A program made the position numbers and the translations under genes. From IMG/VR virus record IMGVR_UViG_3300031951_000022, positions 93,713 to 157,712 of that record: a DNA stretch of 64,000 nucleotides; one strand, given 5' to 3'. The stretch's first letter is position 1; each line of letters starts with the position of its first letter. The notes below the pieces were generated by a model. It saw nothing but the letters and a program-made list of their open reading frames with translations, searched no databases and was not told the DNA's origin. Below are positions 21,216 through 29,902 of this stretch, piece by piece. The DNA comes from a virus.

Positions 21216-21905
21216 CTATTTCCAGCCAGGATCATACCCAATAACATCTTGAGGTATATCGTTGCTTTGTTGATATGATGATAGTGTGGTAATAGTTTTT
21301 ACAGCATCATCGTATGATATATTATAGATATTCTTGGAGTCTATAGCAAGTTTATCTAATAGTTTGATAATATTAATATTTAGTCTTTTACCAAATACAT
21401 CAAAGAAATTTATTTGTGTACTATTAATTTTACCAATATTATTTTCCTCTAAATGATGGGTATCAATATCTTTTGCTAATTCTTCTGCTGCTACTACCTT
21501 GCGTAGTTTAAGCGCTCTTCTTAATGCTCTTCCTTCGGCTCGTGTTTCTGCTACTGCCACTGGATGATTACGATAAATTTTATCACAATTTCCCCAATAA
21601 ACATCAGCAGCACCACTTACGGTTTTGACCACATTATTATTTAAAACATACTTAATGGAGTGTACAACTGTTGCTCTGCGTTCGTTTTCCATACTAGGAG
21701 ATTGAACAACAGAAGAAGTAGCCTCAATTACTGTGCAATCTAGGGCTATTTCCAAAATTCTTCTCAAGCCATCTGTAGTAGGATTGCCAGCAATTTTTTC
21801 GTCATCACTCAATAAACCCAATACATAGTCGGTCCATTCTAGATCATTAATATTTGGGATAGTGATATTATCATCAGCTTCAACGTTCTTCTTGGGTCTG
21901 CCCAT
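21216..21905 (-). CDS. Hypothetical protein, possibly Rad52/Sak-like single-strand annealing protein
   Basis: AVAETRAEGRALRRAL helix resembles SSAP motif. Confidence 0.4.
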   Translation of the reverse strand: MGRPKKNVEADDNITIPNINDLEWTDYVLGLLSDDEKIAGNPTTDGLRRILEIALDCTVIEATSSVVQSPSMENERRATVVHSIKYVLNNNVVKTVSGAADVYWGNCDKIYRNHPVAVAETRAEGRALRRALKLRKVVAAEELAKDIDTHHLEENNIGKINSTQINFFDVFGKRLNINIIKLLDKLAIDSKNIYNISYDDAVKTITTLSSYQQSNDIPQDVIGYDPGWK

Positions 21906-21906
21906 C

Positions 21907-22698
21907 TTAATCTCCTAATTCTATATATCTATGATCAATGTCGGGAAATTTGTTTTTAACGGCCTCAATAGCTTTGTGCAGGGTGTTGTATAATACTCTG
22001 GCTCTAGCTTTAGAAAAGTCCTTCTTTTGCTTAACTCTTATCAACACTAGGCCCTTACCTAATATTAATCCTGTCTTTTTATTATCATATCCTTTGTTTC
22101 TTTTTAAAGCTTCGTCTCCCCATACTGGTTCAAAGTGGGAGGGTCCATCAACTTCGATAGCTATGTTTAATGTAGGCAGAAATAGGTCTATTTGCAACTT
22201 TGTATTTAGTAAGCTTTGCTCTTTATGAAAATCAACCTTATACCCATCACCCAATAGCTGTTTTAACAGAAAATCTTCTAGCTTAGATCCGTGCTTACTA
22301 GCATGTCTAACAGCAGAATTAGCCTGTTGTAGTATTTCTTTTTTAACATCTTCTGGCAAATTTTCCCAATTTTGTCTAGCTTTTTCTTGTCTCTTTTTCT
22401 TTGTTTTAGAGTCTAAGGTTTCCCATGCCTCCATAACGCCGTCTCCAATTTTGTCTTTAACGTCTTGTGGGCGTGGTTTTCCTTTGGTTGGATGCGTTGT
22501 TTTACCAGAGGATAAAGCATTTTTTTGAGCTTCGCTCTTATCTCTGATGCTAATTTTAAATTTTATAGCATCCCGTCTAATTTTATTAGCATATGTATCA
22601 TACTTATCTGCTATGTCTCTAAAACTGTTTTGATTATTTTGATATTCTTGATATAGCAGATCTTTTTTTTGCTTTTCTGACAAATCATTATACTTCAT
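21907..22698 (-). CDS. Vsr/DUF559-like PD-(D/E)XK endonuclease with NUMOD3-like segment
   Basis: IDLFLPTLNIAIEVDGPSH...YDNKK...LIRV; KGKPRPQDVKDKIG. Confidence 0.7.
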   Translation of the reverse strand: MKYNDLSEKQKKDLLYQEYQNNQNSFRDIADKYDTYANKIRRDAIKFKISIRDKSEAQKNALSSGKTTHPTKGKPRPQDVKDKIGDGVMEAWETLDSKTKKKRQEKARQNWENLPEDVKKEILQQANSAVRHASKHGSKLEDFLLKQLLGDGYKVDFHKEQSLLNTKLQIDLFLPTLNIAIEVDGPSHFEPVWGDEALKRNKGYDNKKTGLILGKGLVLIRVKQKKDFSKARARVLYNTLHKAIEAVKNKFPDIDHRYIELGD

Positions 22699-23062
22699 AT
22701 TTTTGCATTAGCTCCATTTTATCATTATCGTATTTCAAAATTTGTGTGTTTTTTAATAACGAGATATCTAGCTTATGTTCTAGTGCGTCCTTAAAGTCTA
22801 GCAACAAGACATAGTCATTTGTTAATAAATTATTTTTATTCGCTAAATAATCTTCTACGTTCAGGAAAATTATTTGGCCTGGATAAAATGTCATATAGAA
22901 AGTAGAAAGTATCGCGGTATCTACTAATAGGCCCGACGCTATATCGTCACTAAATATTAAAAAGTCCACAAGCTCATCCGAAGATTTAAAAAAAGCCTTC
23001 ACACGACGAATAATATCAATTTGAACGTTCAGAGCCGACGAGTACACTGCAATAGAAGACAT
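22688..23062 (-). CDS. Hypothetical protein
   Basis: 124 aa ORF tightly packed in operon. Confidence 0.55.
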   Translation of the reverse strand: MSSIAVYSSALNVQIDIIRRVKAFFKSSDELVDFLIFSDDIASGLLVDTAILSTFYMTFYPGQIIFLNVEDYLANKNNLLTNDYVLLLDFKDALEHKLDISLLKNTQILKYDNDKMELMQKYEV

Positions 23063-23066
23063 CGTT

Positions 23067-23705
23067 TTATACCTTATTTAGTGTTGGTGTTTTATAGTCT
23101 GCAAAAAATGGTCTAATTGTTTGTTTCATGTCTATTATTTTGTTGATGAGTTCAAATATGAAGTTGTTGTGGTTTTGAGTATTTATTATTAATTCTTTTA
23201 GCGCTCTGGTTGTTTCTTTGTTGAAAAAATAAATTTCTGGTAAATAATTGTCCAGATCATATGCTATATTTTCTATCTTATTGTTCATTATCACACAACC
23301 AAGCTTGCTTTTTTGTTTATTGTTTATAAATATTTGTGATCCACTTTTGTCAGAAAAATTTTGAAAACTTTTTTGATGTAAATAATTATCTCCAAACATA
23401 ATAATAGTATCGCCAGTTAAATACTGATTGGCTAAATACAGACTATATGCATTATTATACTTCTCATAATTATGGTTGGCTATCATGTTTAGGTCTTGAT
23501 ATGCTCCATGATTTTTGTTTAGAAAAGAGCACAGCTTTCTACCATCAAAACCATAAACATAATGAATCCTACACTTAGGAAACGAATGTTTGATAATCTT
23601 ATATTGCTGCTGAATGATTGTTTTGTTATTAACTTTAATTAATCCAACACACCCCTTGGATTTCATTCGTTTTTGAAATTTATCACCTATAATAATAACA
23701 TTCAT
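23067..23705 (-). CDS. Degenerate nucleotidyltransferase-fold (LicC/GlmU-like) protein
   Basis: MNVIIIG...KRMKSKG..GLIKVNNKTII, YVYGF, NHNYEKYNNAYSL, IMFGD; lacks the GxGxR signature. Confidence 0.6.
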   Translation of the reverse strand: MNVIIIGDKFQKRMKSKGCVGLIKVNNKTIIQQQYKIIKHSFPKCRIHYVYGFDGRKLCSFLNKNHGAYQDLNMIANHNYEKYNNAYSLYLANQYLTGDTIIMFGDNYLHQKSFQNFSDKSGSQIFINNKQKSKLGCVIMNNKIENIAYDLDNYLPEIYFFNKETTRALKELIINTQNHNNFIFELINKIIDMKQTIRPFFADYKTPTLNKV

Positions 23706-24454
23706 ATTATTTGATATGCGGACTTATTCGCTAGGATATTTTCTTTACCAGCAACCCCAAATCTATATACTCCTCCACCAAATACTACACAACTATAGTT
23801 CTGATTAGAGGCAACAATAAAAGACTCTAATTTATGATGTACAATATTATTGGCGCCATTAATAGTCTCTTTAATATTTGTGTCATAATTATCTATAGAT
23901 ACTATAAACCTATACTTTGGATTAATAACAACAATATTGTGTAGAATTTCCATGTCTGATAGTTCTTTATCTAACATGCTTTGAATTCTCCAGGCATATT
24001 TAATGTTGTATTTGTTAATAATATTTTCAATATTAGCATATGTGAAGTGGTCGCTGTTGCTTTGATGACGAATAAAGATAATTTTTTGTGGCAAAGTGTC
24101 GCAGTTGGAGATTTGCTCACATATATTGTCTAGGTTCTCTAAGCTCATATTTCTTAGGCTAATCACGGCTAGATAGTGTAGCTTATTGGTGGCATGGAAC
24201 TTATTAACCTTTTCTTCCATAGAAGCATCTTCCATATCAAATTGCTTAAACCATTTAGGTTCTCTATATCCTAGGCACTTTTTATCGTTGATAATATAAA
24301 ACTCTTTATCATCATCGTATGCTTCTATTACCAAGTTTTCCTGTTGGTATTGGTCTAAATATTGTAAAGCGCAGTTTGTTTGAGTAATATTATCATATAG
24401 TGCATATGTGCAATTTTTACAAGAAGTATGAATTGTATTTATAGATGGAATCAT
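23702..24454 (-). CDS. Hypothetical protein with N-terminal CxxC
   Basis: 250 aa, ATGA overlaps at both ends. Confidence 0.55.
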   Translation of the reverse strand: MIPSINTIHTSCKNCTYALYDNITQTNCALQYLDQYQQENLVIEAYDDDKEFYIINDKKCLGYREPKWFKQFDMEDASMEEKVNKFHATNKLHYLAVISLRNMSLENLDNICEQISNCDTLPQKIIFIRHQSNSDHFTYANIENIINKYNIKYAWRIQSMLDKELSDMEILHNIVVINPKYRFIVSIDNYDTNIKETINGANNIVHHKLESFIVASNQNYSCVVFGGGVYRFGVAGKENILANKSAYQII

Positions 24455-26103
24455 AGAAAATCTTCTTTCTTTATACTATCAGGATGTGTTCTCATTGTTT
24501 CGTACACAATTTTATTATTAAGATGACCCTCTAGTGCTTCTACAATATTCTGTTTAGTAAGGCTCATAATTGATCCATTTCTAGCTACTAGTCCAGAAAC
24601 AGCGTCTCTTATCAATACTTGAATATGGGCAGTGTTTATTAGGGATGGCTCGTTAATGACATTATGACAAATATATTCAATAAACTCTTTACTATTTAAG
24701 CCAGAAGGCACCTTCATTGATGAGTGTTGCGCCTGTTTAACATTAGGACTATCCCAGGCCACTTTGGACTTAATGTCTATACTGTCAAAACAAGCATCCC
24801 ATACCGCATATACATGATCCCAGGTATATTTGCTAATACATGCTTGTCTAATTTTTGTGCTATTATCTAAACGTATTGTTTGATCAGTATTAACAAAGAA
24901 ATTGTACATAATGTTGGTAGTAGCATCAATATCAGGATAAGCTCTATCTGCATTAGTCTCCATTTCTCTGAACATTCTAATGACCGGAATTTTAATGCCT
25001 TTTAATGATTCGCACACCTCAGACATGGCACTATAATCAACAGAAGCTATTTGTACTCCGCAAGCCGCAGCCTCAACCTGTGGCATACCAAAGCCTTCGC
25101 AAATAGCATATTGAATATACAAATCAAATAAGTTGTATATATCATTTAGGTCTCTTGTGGATATGCCGTGTACAGGACTAGAAACTGTGGCCGTATGATT
25201 TCCACAGCTTTTACACATAGCTAATCCATTGTGAAACTTAGACGGAAAAAATTTCTTACAATGACGACAGTGATATGTGAATAGTGCTTTATCTAGTACT
25301 CCGTATTCAAGAAGTATAGATGGAATATCCCAACCATTATCTTCTGGATAGGACGTGTGTAAATAAAGATATGTTTTGTTACATAGTTCTATTTGATTAT
25401 TAGCTTTGAGTGCTTCTAAATATTTCTTAAAAGCTAACACTAGATCAGGAATAAGTTTCCGCTTTTGGTTTCTCATTACTGTGCCAATTATATTATAATC
25501 ATCACCCAAATGCTTAATTTTGTGAGCTTTTTTATCTACTATAGGATAAAATTCTTCTGGATTAATACCAGCATTAGCTATTTGCGGAAATAGATTAATT
25601 TTATTACCACAAGACTTAAGCAGGGTTTGTTTGGCCCACTCTGTATATGGTATTACTACATCAGCATTAGAAAATGTAAATAGCCAATCATTTTTCGGAG
25701 GAGCTGAATCTGTGGCAGGCATAATCACCCAATTAAAGTGCTTTTTATATGGGCTTGCTTCTTGATATGCGAACATCCAGTAATCACGAATGTCAAAGAC
25801 TATATGCGGCTTAAAGTCTGCCAAACAGCGATTAAACCTCCATAAACCAAATTGGTTAATATTATTAGACTTATACTGTTCTTGTCTAGGGTCATTAGCC
25901 TGAACAGCATTTGGATAAACTTTCCAAGGAATATCTTTAATGGCAGGATTAGCAGTATCACAATAACAAGCCATTTCAGCGACTTCATATTTGCCGCTAT
26001 TATGAAGACGAGTTAAAAGTTCTTTACCATAAATAGAGTAGCCGGTATTTAAACCGCTAAAGTCATTGACTGTGAGAATTCTTTTTTTTGTTAGTTTACC
26101 CAT
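24451..26103 (-). CDS. Glycosyltransferase family 4 with Zn-ribbon insertion
   Basis: RNQKRK, EGFGMPQVEAAACG, CRHC...CKSC. Confidence 0.85.
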   Translation of the reverse strand: MGKLTKKRILTVNDFSGLNTGYSIYGKELLTRLHNSGKYEVAEMACYCDTANPAIKDIPWKVYPNAVQANDPRQEQYKSNNINQFGLWRFNRCLADFKPHIVFDIRDYWMFAYQEASPYKKHFNWVIMPATDSAPPKNDWLFTFSNADVVIPYTEWAKQTLLKSCGNKINLFPQIANAGINPEEFYPIVDKKAHKIKHLGDDYNIIGTVMRNQKRKLIPDLVLAFKKYLEALKANNQIELCNKTYLYLHTSYPEDNGWDIPSILLEYGVLDKALFTYHCRHCKKFFPSKFHNGLAMCKSCGNHTATVSSPVHGISTRDLNDIYNLFDLYIQYAICEGFGMPQVEAAACGVQIASVDYSAMSEVCESLKGIKIPVIRMFREMETNADRAYPDIDATTNIMYNFFVNTDQTIRLDNSTKIRQACISKYTWDHVYAVWDACFDSIDIKSKVAWDSPNVKQAQHSSMKVPSGLNSKEFIEYICHNVINEPSLINTAHIQVLIRDAVSGLVARNGSIMSLTKQNIVEALEGHLNNKIVYETMRTHPDSIKKEDFL

Positions 26104-26112
26104 AATTGTTCT

Positions 26113-26155
26113 AAATAGAAGTCTCTAGCACCATTAAGATACTAGAGACCCTATT
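26113..26155 (-). terminator. Putative intrinsic terminator after ssb
   Basis: Minus-strand stem GGUCUCUAGUAUC/GGUGCUAGAGACU (13 bp with G-U pairs) then UCUAUUU. Confidence 0.6.
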
Positions 26156-26182
26156 CAGATTCCTTCTTTTTTTAGTGTTAGA

Positions 26183-26563
26183 TCAGAAAGCAACTGTTTC
26201 TGTTTCATTCTCAGTTGCCGAGCTATTAGCTCTTTGCGTCTTTACAATATGACCAAAATTATTCACTCTGATCTTTATCGTACTATGCTTAACTCCGTCT
26301 TTTTCCCAGCTATCATTCCTTAATGAGCCTTCGACCATAATTAGATCGCCCTTCTTAAAAGATGCGGCTACGGTCTCGGCGGCACTATCCCATGCTTCAC
26401 ACTGAACAAAAGATGTAACCTTGTCCTGTGTGCCGTTAGCCTTCTTAAACTCTCTGGAAACAGCAACGGTAAAATTAACAACTGCTGTTTTCTTATCTCC
26501 AGATGTTACAAAGCGTAGTTCTGGATCACGAGCAAGATTACCACGAAGCATTACAATATTCAT
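26183..26563 (-). CDS. ssb: Single-stranded DNA-binding protein
   Basis: MNIVMLRGNLARDPELR, VEGSLRNDSW, acidic tail ending in F. Confidence 0.95.
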   Translation of the reverse strand: MNIVMLRGNLARDPELRFVTSGDKKTAVVNFTVAVSREFKKANGTQDKVTSFVQCEAWDSAAETVAASFKKGDLIMVEGSLRNDSWEKDGVKHSTIKIRVNNFGHIVKTQRANSSATENETETVAF

Positions 26564-26612
26564 ATCAATCGTCTCCTTTTAAAAGTAAATTACCAAAGTA
26601 CCAACGTATCTT

Positions 26613-26640
26613 ATTATAAAAAGTGGGGCGTAGGTGTCAA
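26613..26640 (-). promoter_or_regulatory. Sigma70-type promoter upstream of ssb
   Basis: TTGACA (26640-26635), 16 nt, TATAAT (26618-26613). Confidence 0.75.
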
Positions 26641-29036
26641 GTTCTAGCTACGTAAGCCTTGTCTACAATAAGGCCATCTCCGCTCTTAGACTTTGACCCC
26701 TTAACAATAATAATATTTCCGACGAACAACAGGTTTTTGTATTCGCTATATTTTTCTGGAAAAAACACGATAGAGTCAATAGATCCCGTGGTGTCCGTCA
26801 TTGTAACGAAAGCCATTTCTGCTCCAGGATTTTTACCGGTTTTGGTTTTCGTAACATTAATAAAGTCTATCTCTCCACCAAGTATAAGATTGTCTTTTTG
26901 TGTTGTGGTTTTCAGTTCTTTGCAATTAATATTAGTCATACTAATATCATACATATCAATCTTAGAACAAGTAATAGAACAACCCAGCAACACATCCTCA
27001 GAATCTGCTAACCACTCAGGACTATCGTCTAGAGAATAAGGAGGATTATTTAATGACACTATCATATCTTGGATATTGCTTTTGCGGTTTTTATTAATTC
27101 TAGGCAGTCCTAGCAGAAACTCTAGACAGCCCTTTAAGTCTTTAAAAGAGACTAGATGCACACTGATATGCTCTATCTCTTTTTTGGTTAAGCTGCTAAT
27201 TAAATTATATTCAAATAGCATCTTATTGCGAGTCATAGGCAAAAAGCTTAAAGCTCCACTTTGTATCAAAGCCTTTGCTGCTGTAGAATTAATATTGTTT
27301 AATACCAAAAATAAAAACTCTAACCATGTTGTTTTGGTCAAGTCCATTTTAGATATTATAGATATTAGCTTATCATATACTGATTTGCCGACACCCTTAA
27401 TGTCTGTTAATCCAAAATATATAGTATTATTTTTTAAGATAAATAGCTCATTTTTGTTTCTAATATCTGGAGTTTTAACCAATACGTCCATTTCATTGGC
27501 GTTTTGAATTAACTCCTTAATTTCTGCTTGAGGATCTATTTTATCCTTAGCAAATCTTAAATATGATGCAAAAAAGATTTTGGGGAAGTGTGCTTTAGTA
27601 TAGGCGGATAGATATGCATTAATAGCATAGCTTACTGAGTGAGACTTATTGAACGAATATCTTTGACTCTTTTCGATCCAACTAAAAATCTGTTCTGCCT
27701 CATCAACTGTTACAATGCCTAGCTTTTGAGACCCCTCCAAGAACTTACTTTTGACCTTTGCCATTTCTTCCGGTTTTTTCTTACCAATAGCCTTTCTTAA
27801 CATATCTGCTTCTTGCAGATTAAATCCAGCTATAGCCTTAGTTATTTCCATAGCCTGTTCTTGATATACCATTTCCCCATAGGTGTTTTGCAAAGAGTCT
27901 TTCAGAGCTTCGTGAAAATAGTCCACAGACTCTAATCCATTTTTTTTGTCTATATAATGATTAGATACTGTTTTACCATCTCTCACAGCCTCAAGACAAT
28001 TATGAACTATTACATTACCAGCAATAAAATTGTGGTGGGGCGACTCCATAGATATATCATAAACCTTTTTATATCCAGTGCTAATTTTATCTATATAAGT
28101 AGCCCATTTACAGTCATCGCTATAAGATAGTCTATATTTTTTTCTTGCTTCTATAATAGTATCTATATCAATATTACCTTCTGAATATTCTCTATGATGG
28201 TTTGGACATAAATAACAAAGATTTTCAACATCATTATTGGTATGTCTATTTCCTTCAAGGTGATTAACATCTAAAGATCCTTTATCCCAATCACAAAAAA
28301 CACATCTGTATTCATAGTTTTGATAACATCTTAATTTATATGATTTAATACCATCAATATTATCAATACTAATTTTTGAAGAATGTCTGGATTTAATCTT
28401 TTTCTTTAATTTTTTGGTTCCGTTTTTCTTTCTTATAACCAATATCCTCATTCCGGGCTTCATATCTTTAAGCTCTACCCATCCATTAGGAGTTAAAAGC
28501 TTATGGTCATCTGTACATTCTACTTTATACCAATTGTATGGTAATGTATTAGTTTTTCTTTCATTAGTCTTTATCTTGATCTTGAAACATTCTTTAATAC
28601 CACTATCAATAATATCTAATATTTTGTTTGAAACTAATTTTTTAGACTTTTCATCATACGATATAATTCTGTCATATTGACGATCTTTAAATAGTTTTTC
28701 TATTGAAATAGTTTTATTTCTTAAACGACCATCGGTATGAGTATAATAGCCTACTAAGATCTTAGTATCTCCAGCAATACACCCAGGTCTCATAATACTA
28801 ATCAGGGCAGAAAGCTGCTCTATGTTTTCTGGCTTTAGTTTTTTAGCCATAGACCTTCCCAGTCTAGACTCTAGCTGAAAACAACCCTTGGTATTACCGT
28901 CAGATATAAGATCCCACGTTCTTTGACATTCCAGATTAATATTTTCTATAGAAGAATCGAACTTTATACTCAGTCCATTATTCTGCTCTACTATATCAAA
29001 GGAACATCCACAAGGGTATTGGTATTTTTTAGACAT
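26637..29036 (-). CDS. dnaE: DNA polymerase III alpha, C-terminal subunit (split DnaE), intein-containing
   Basis: GCFQLES, RPG, YQEQAM, ADMLRKAIGKK, YSFNKSHSVSY, GLTDIKGVG, C-terminal OB fold MAFVTMTD. Confidence 0.95.
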   Translation of the reverse strand: MSKKYQYPCGCSFDIVEQNNGLSIKFDSSIENINLECQRTWDLISDGNTKGCFQLESRLGRSMAKKLKPENIEQLSALISIMRPGCIAGDTKILVGYYTHTDGRLRNKTISIEKLFKDRQYDRIISYDEKSKKLVSNKILDIIDSGIKECFKIKIKTNERKTNTLPYNWYKVECTDDHKLLTPNGWVELKDMKPGMRILVIRKKNGTKKLKKKIKSRHSSKISIDNIDGIKSYKLRCYQNYEYRCVFCDWDKGSLDVNHLEGNRHTNNDVENLCYLCPNHHREYSEGNIDIDTIIEARKKYRLSYSDDCKWATYIDKISTGYKKVYDISMESPHHNFIAGNVIVHNCLEAVRDGKTVSNHYIDKKNGLESVDYFHEALKDSLQNTYGEMVYQEQAMEITKAIAGFNLQEADMLRKAIGKKKPEEMAKVKSKFLEGSQKLGIVTVDEAEQIFSWIEKSQRYSFNKSHSVSYAINAYLSAYTKAHFPKIFFASYLRFAKDKIDPQAEIKELIQNANEMDVLVKTPDIRNKNELFILKNNTIYFGLTDIKGVGKSVYDKLISIISKMDLTKTTWLEFLFLVLNNINSTAAKALIQSGALSFLPMTRNKMLFEYNLISSLTKKEIEHISVHLVSFKDLKGCLEFLLGLPRINKNRKSNIQDMIVSLNNPPYSLDDSPEWLADSEDVLLGCSITCSKIDMYDISMTNINCKELKTTTQKDNLILGGEIDFINVTKTKTGKNPGAEMAFVTMTDTTGSIDSIVFFPEKYSEYKNLLFVGNIIIVKGSKSKSGDGLIVDKAYVART
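27999..28781 (-). mobile_element. Intein (261 aa) with HNH endonuclease domain in DnaE-C
   Basis: Starts CIAGDTKI after RPG; block B CTDDHKLL; ends VYDI...HNFIAGNVIVHN/C; internal CVFC...NHLEGNRHTNNDVENLCYLCPNHH. Confidence 0.9.
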
Positions 29037-29730
29037 TTTCGTTCTTGGTGAAGGCGTTCTTAAACTTAATCTTTTGTCCCAAATTTCTATGTAACTTTAA
29101 AAATCTAATAATTATTTCAGCGGTATCTCTAACGTCCTTTAAGGCGTCGTGGGCACCTTCTTTGGAAATTCCGAAATAATCTCGCAAACTATCAAGAGTG
29201 TAGCTTTTTAAGTCATTATTATTTTCGAACCAATAAAAGATTAAATTCATACCATCAATAACATCTCTTGGATAAAAAATATCTGTTCGCCCTTCCTTAT
29301 TTAGGTTGCCGTACTTATTACTAAGCCGATCAACAATATGAAGGTCGAATCTGTTGATATTGTATCCCGCCGCAATAGGAGCGCTAAATTGGCTTTTCTT
29401 AGAACTTCTGGAATGATATTTATCCAGATAGTTAATAAACATCTTCCATGAGTGTTCTTGTTTTGGATATTGATGCCAAGCCTTTAAAACATCATCTTGG
29501 GAACACCCCTTAACTTTAGAGTGAAATTCCAAAATGTCGGTTTCGTATCTATGGTCTTTGTTATTTTCTAGAACTTCTGGCTTGAAATGCATATTAAATT
29601 CTGACCCATCAATAACCTCTAATTGTAGAGGATCTATCATAAGTGCAGCAATTTGTACAGGACTGCAAACCCTAGGATCAGAACCGTCTGTTTCAAAATC
29701 AAAAACGCAAATCTTATTATAGTTGATCAT
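29029..29730 (-). CDS. dnaQ: DEDDh 3'-5' exonuclease (DnaQ/epsilon-like)
   Basis: VFDFETDG, GYNINRFD, AHDALKD. Confidence 0.85.
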   Translation of the reverse strand: MINYNKICVFDFETDGSDPRVCSPVQIAALMIDPLQLEVIDGSEFNMHFKPEVLENNKDHRYETDILEFHSKVKGCSQDDVLKAWHQYPKQEHSWKMFINYLDKYHSRSSKKSQFSAPIAAGYNINRFDLHIVDRLSNKYGNLNKEGRTDIFYPRDVIDGMNLIFYWFENNNDLKSYTLDSLRDYFGISKEGAHDALKDVRDTAEIIIRFLKLHRNLGQKIKFKNAFTKNENV

Positions 29731-29902
29731 TTACTTCTACTTCTACATTGGGTGATAGAAACGTTGTATTCTTTTCATTTGCTGTTGCATGAGCATTGAT
29801 TGATCGACAGCAGCTTACTTTTACTGTTGCAGTCTTCTTATATTCAATACCTTTGTGTGTGAATGTTTCGCCTTCTGCAATTTCTGAAAACTTCTTAATC
29901 AT
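29717..29902 (-). CDS. Small hypothetical protein
   Basis: 61 aa, ATGA-coupled to dnaE-N stop, GGAG SD. Confidence 0.6.
   Translation of the reverse strand: MIKKFSEIAEGETFTHKGIEYKKTATVKVSCCRSINAHATANEKNTTFLSPNVEVEVNDQL

Noticed and set aside
29029-29902. Split intein joining the DnaE halves
   Set aside because: No Cys-initiated N-intein at the end of DnaE-N and no HN/C C-intein at the start of DnaE-C; the intein present is contiguous and internal
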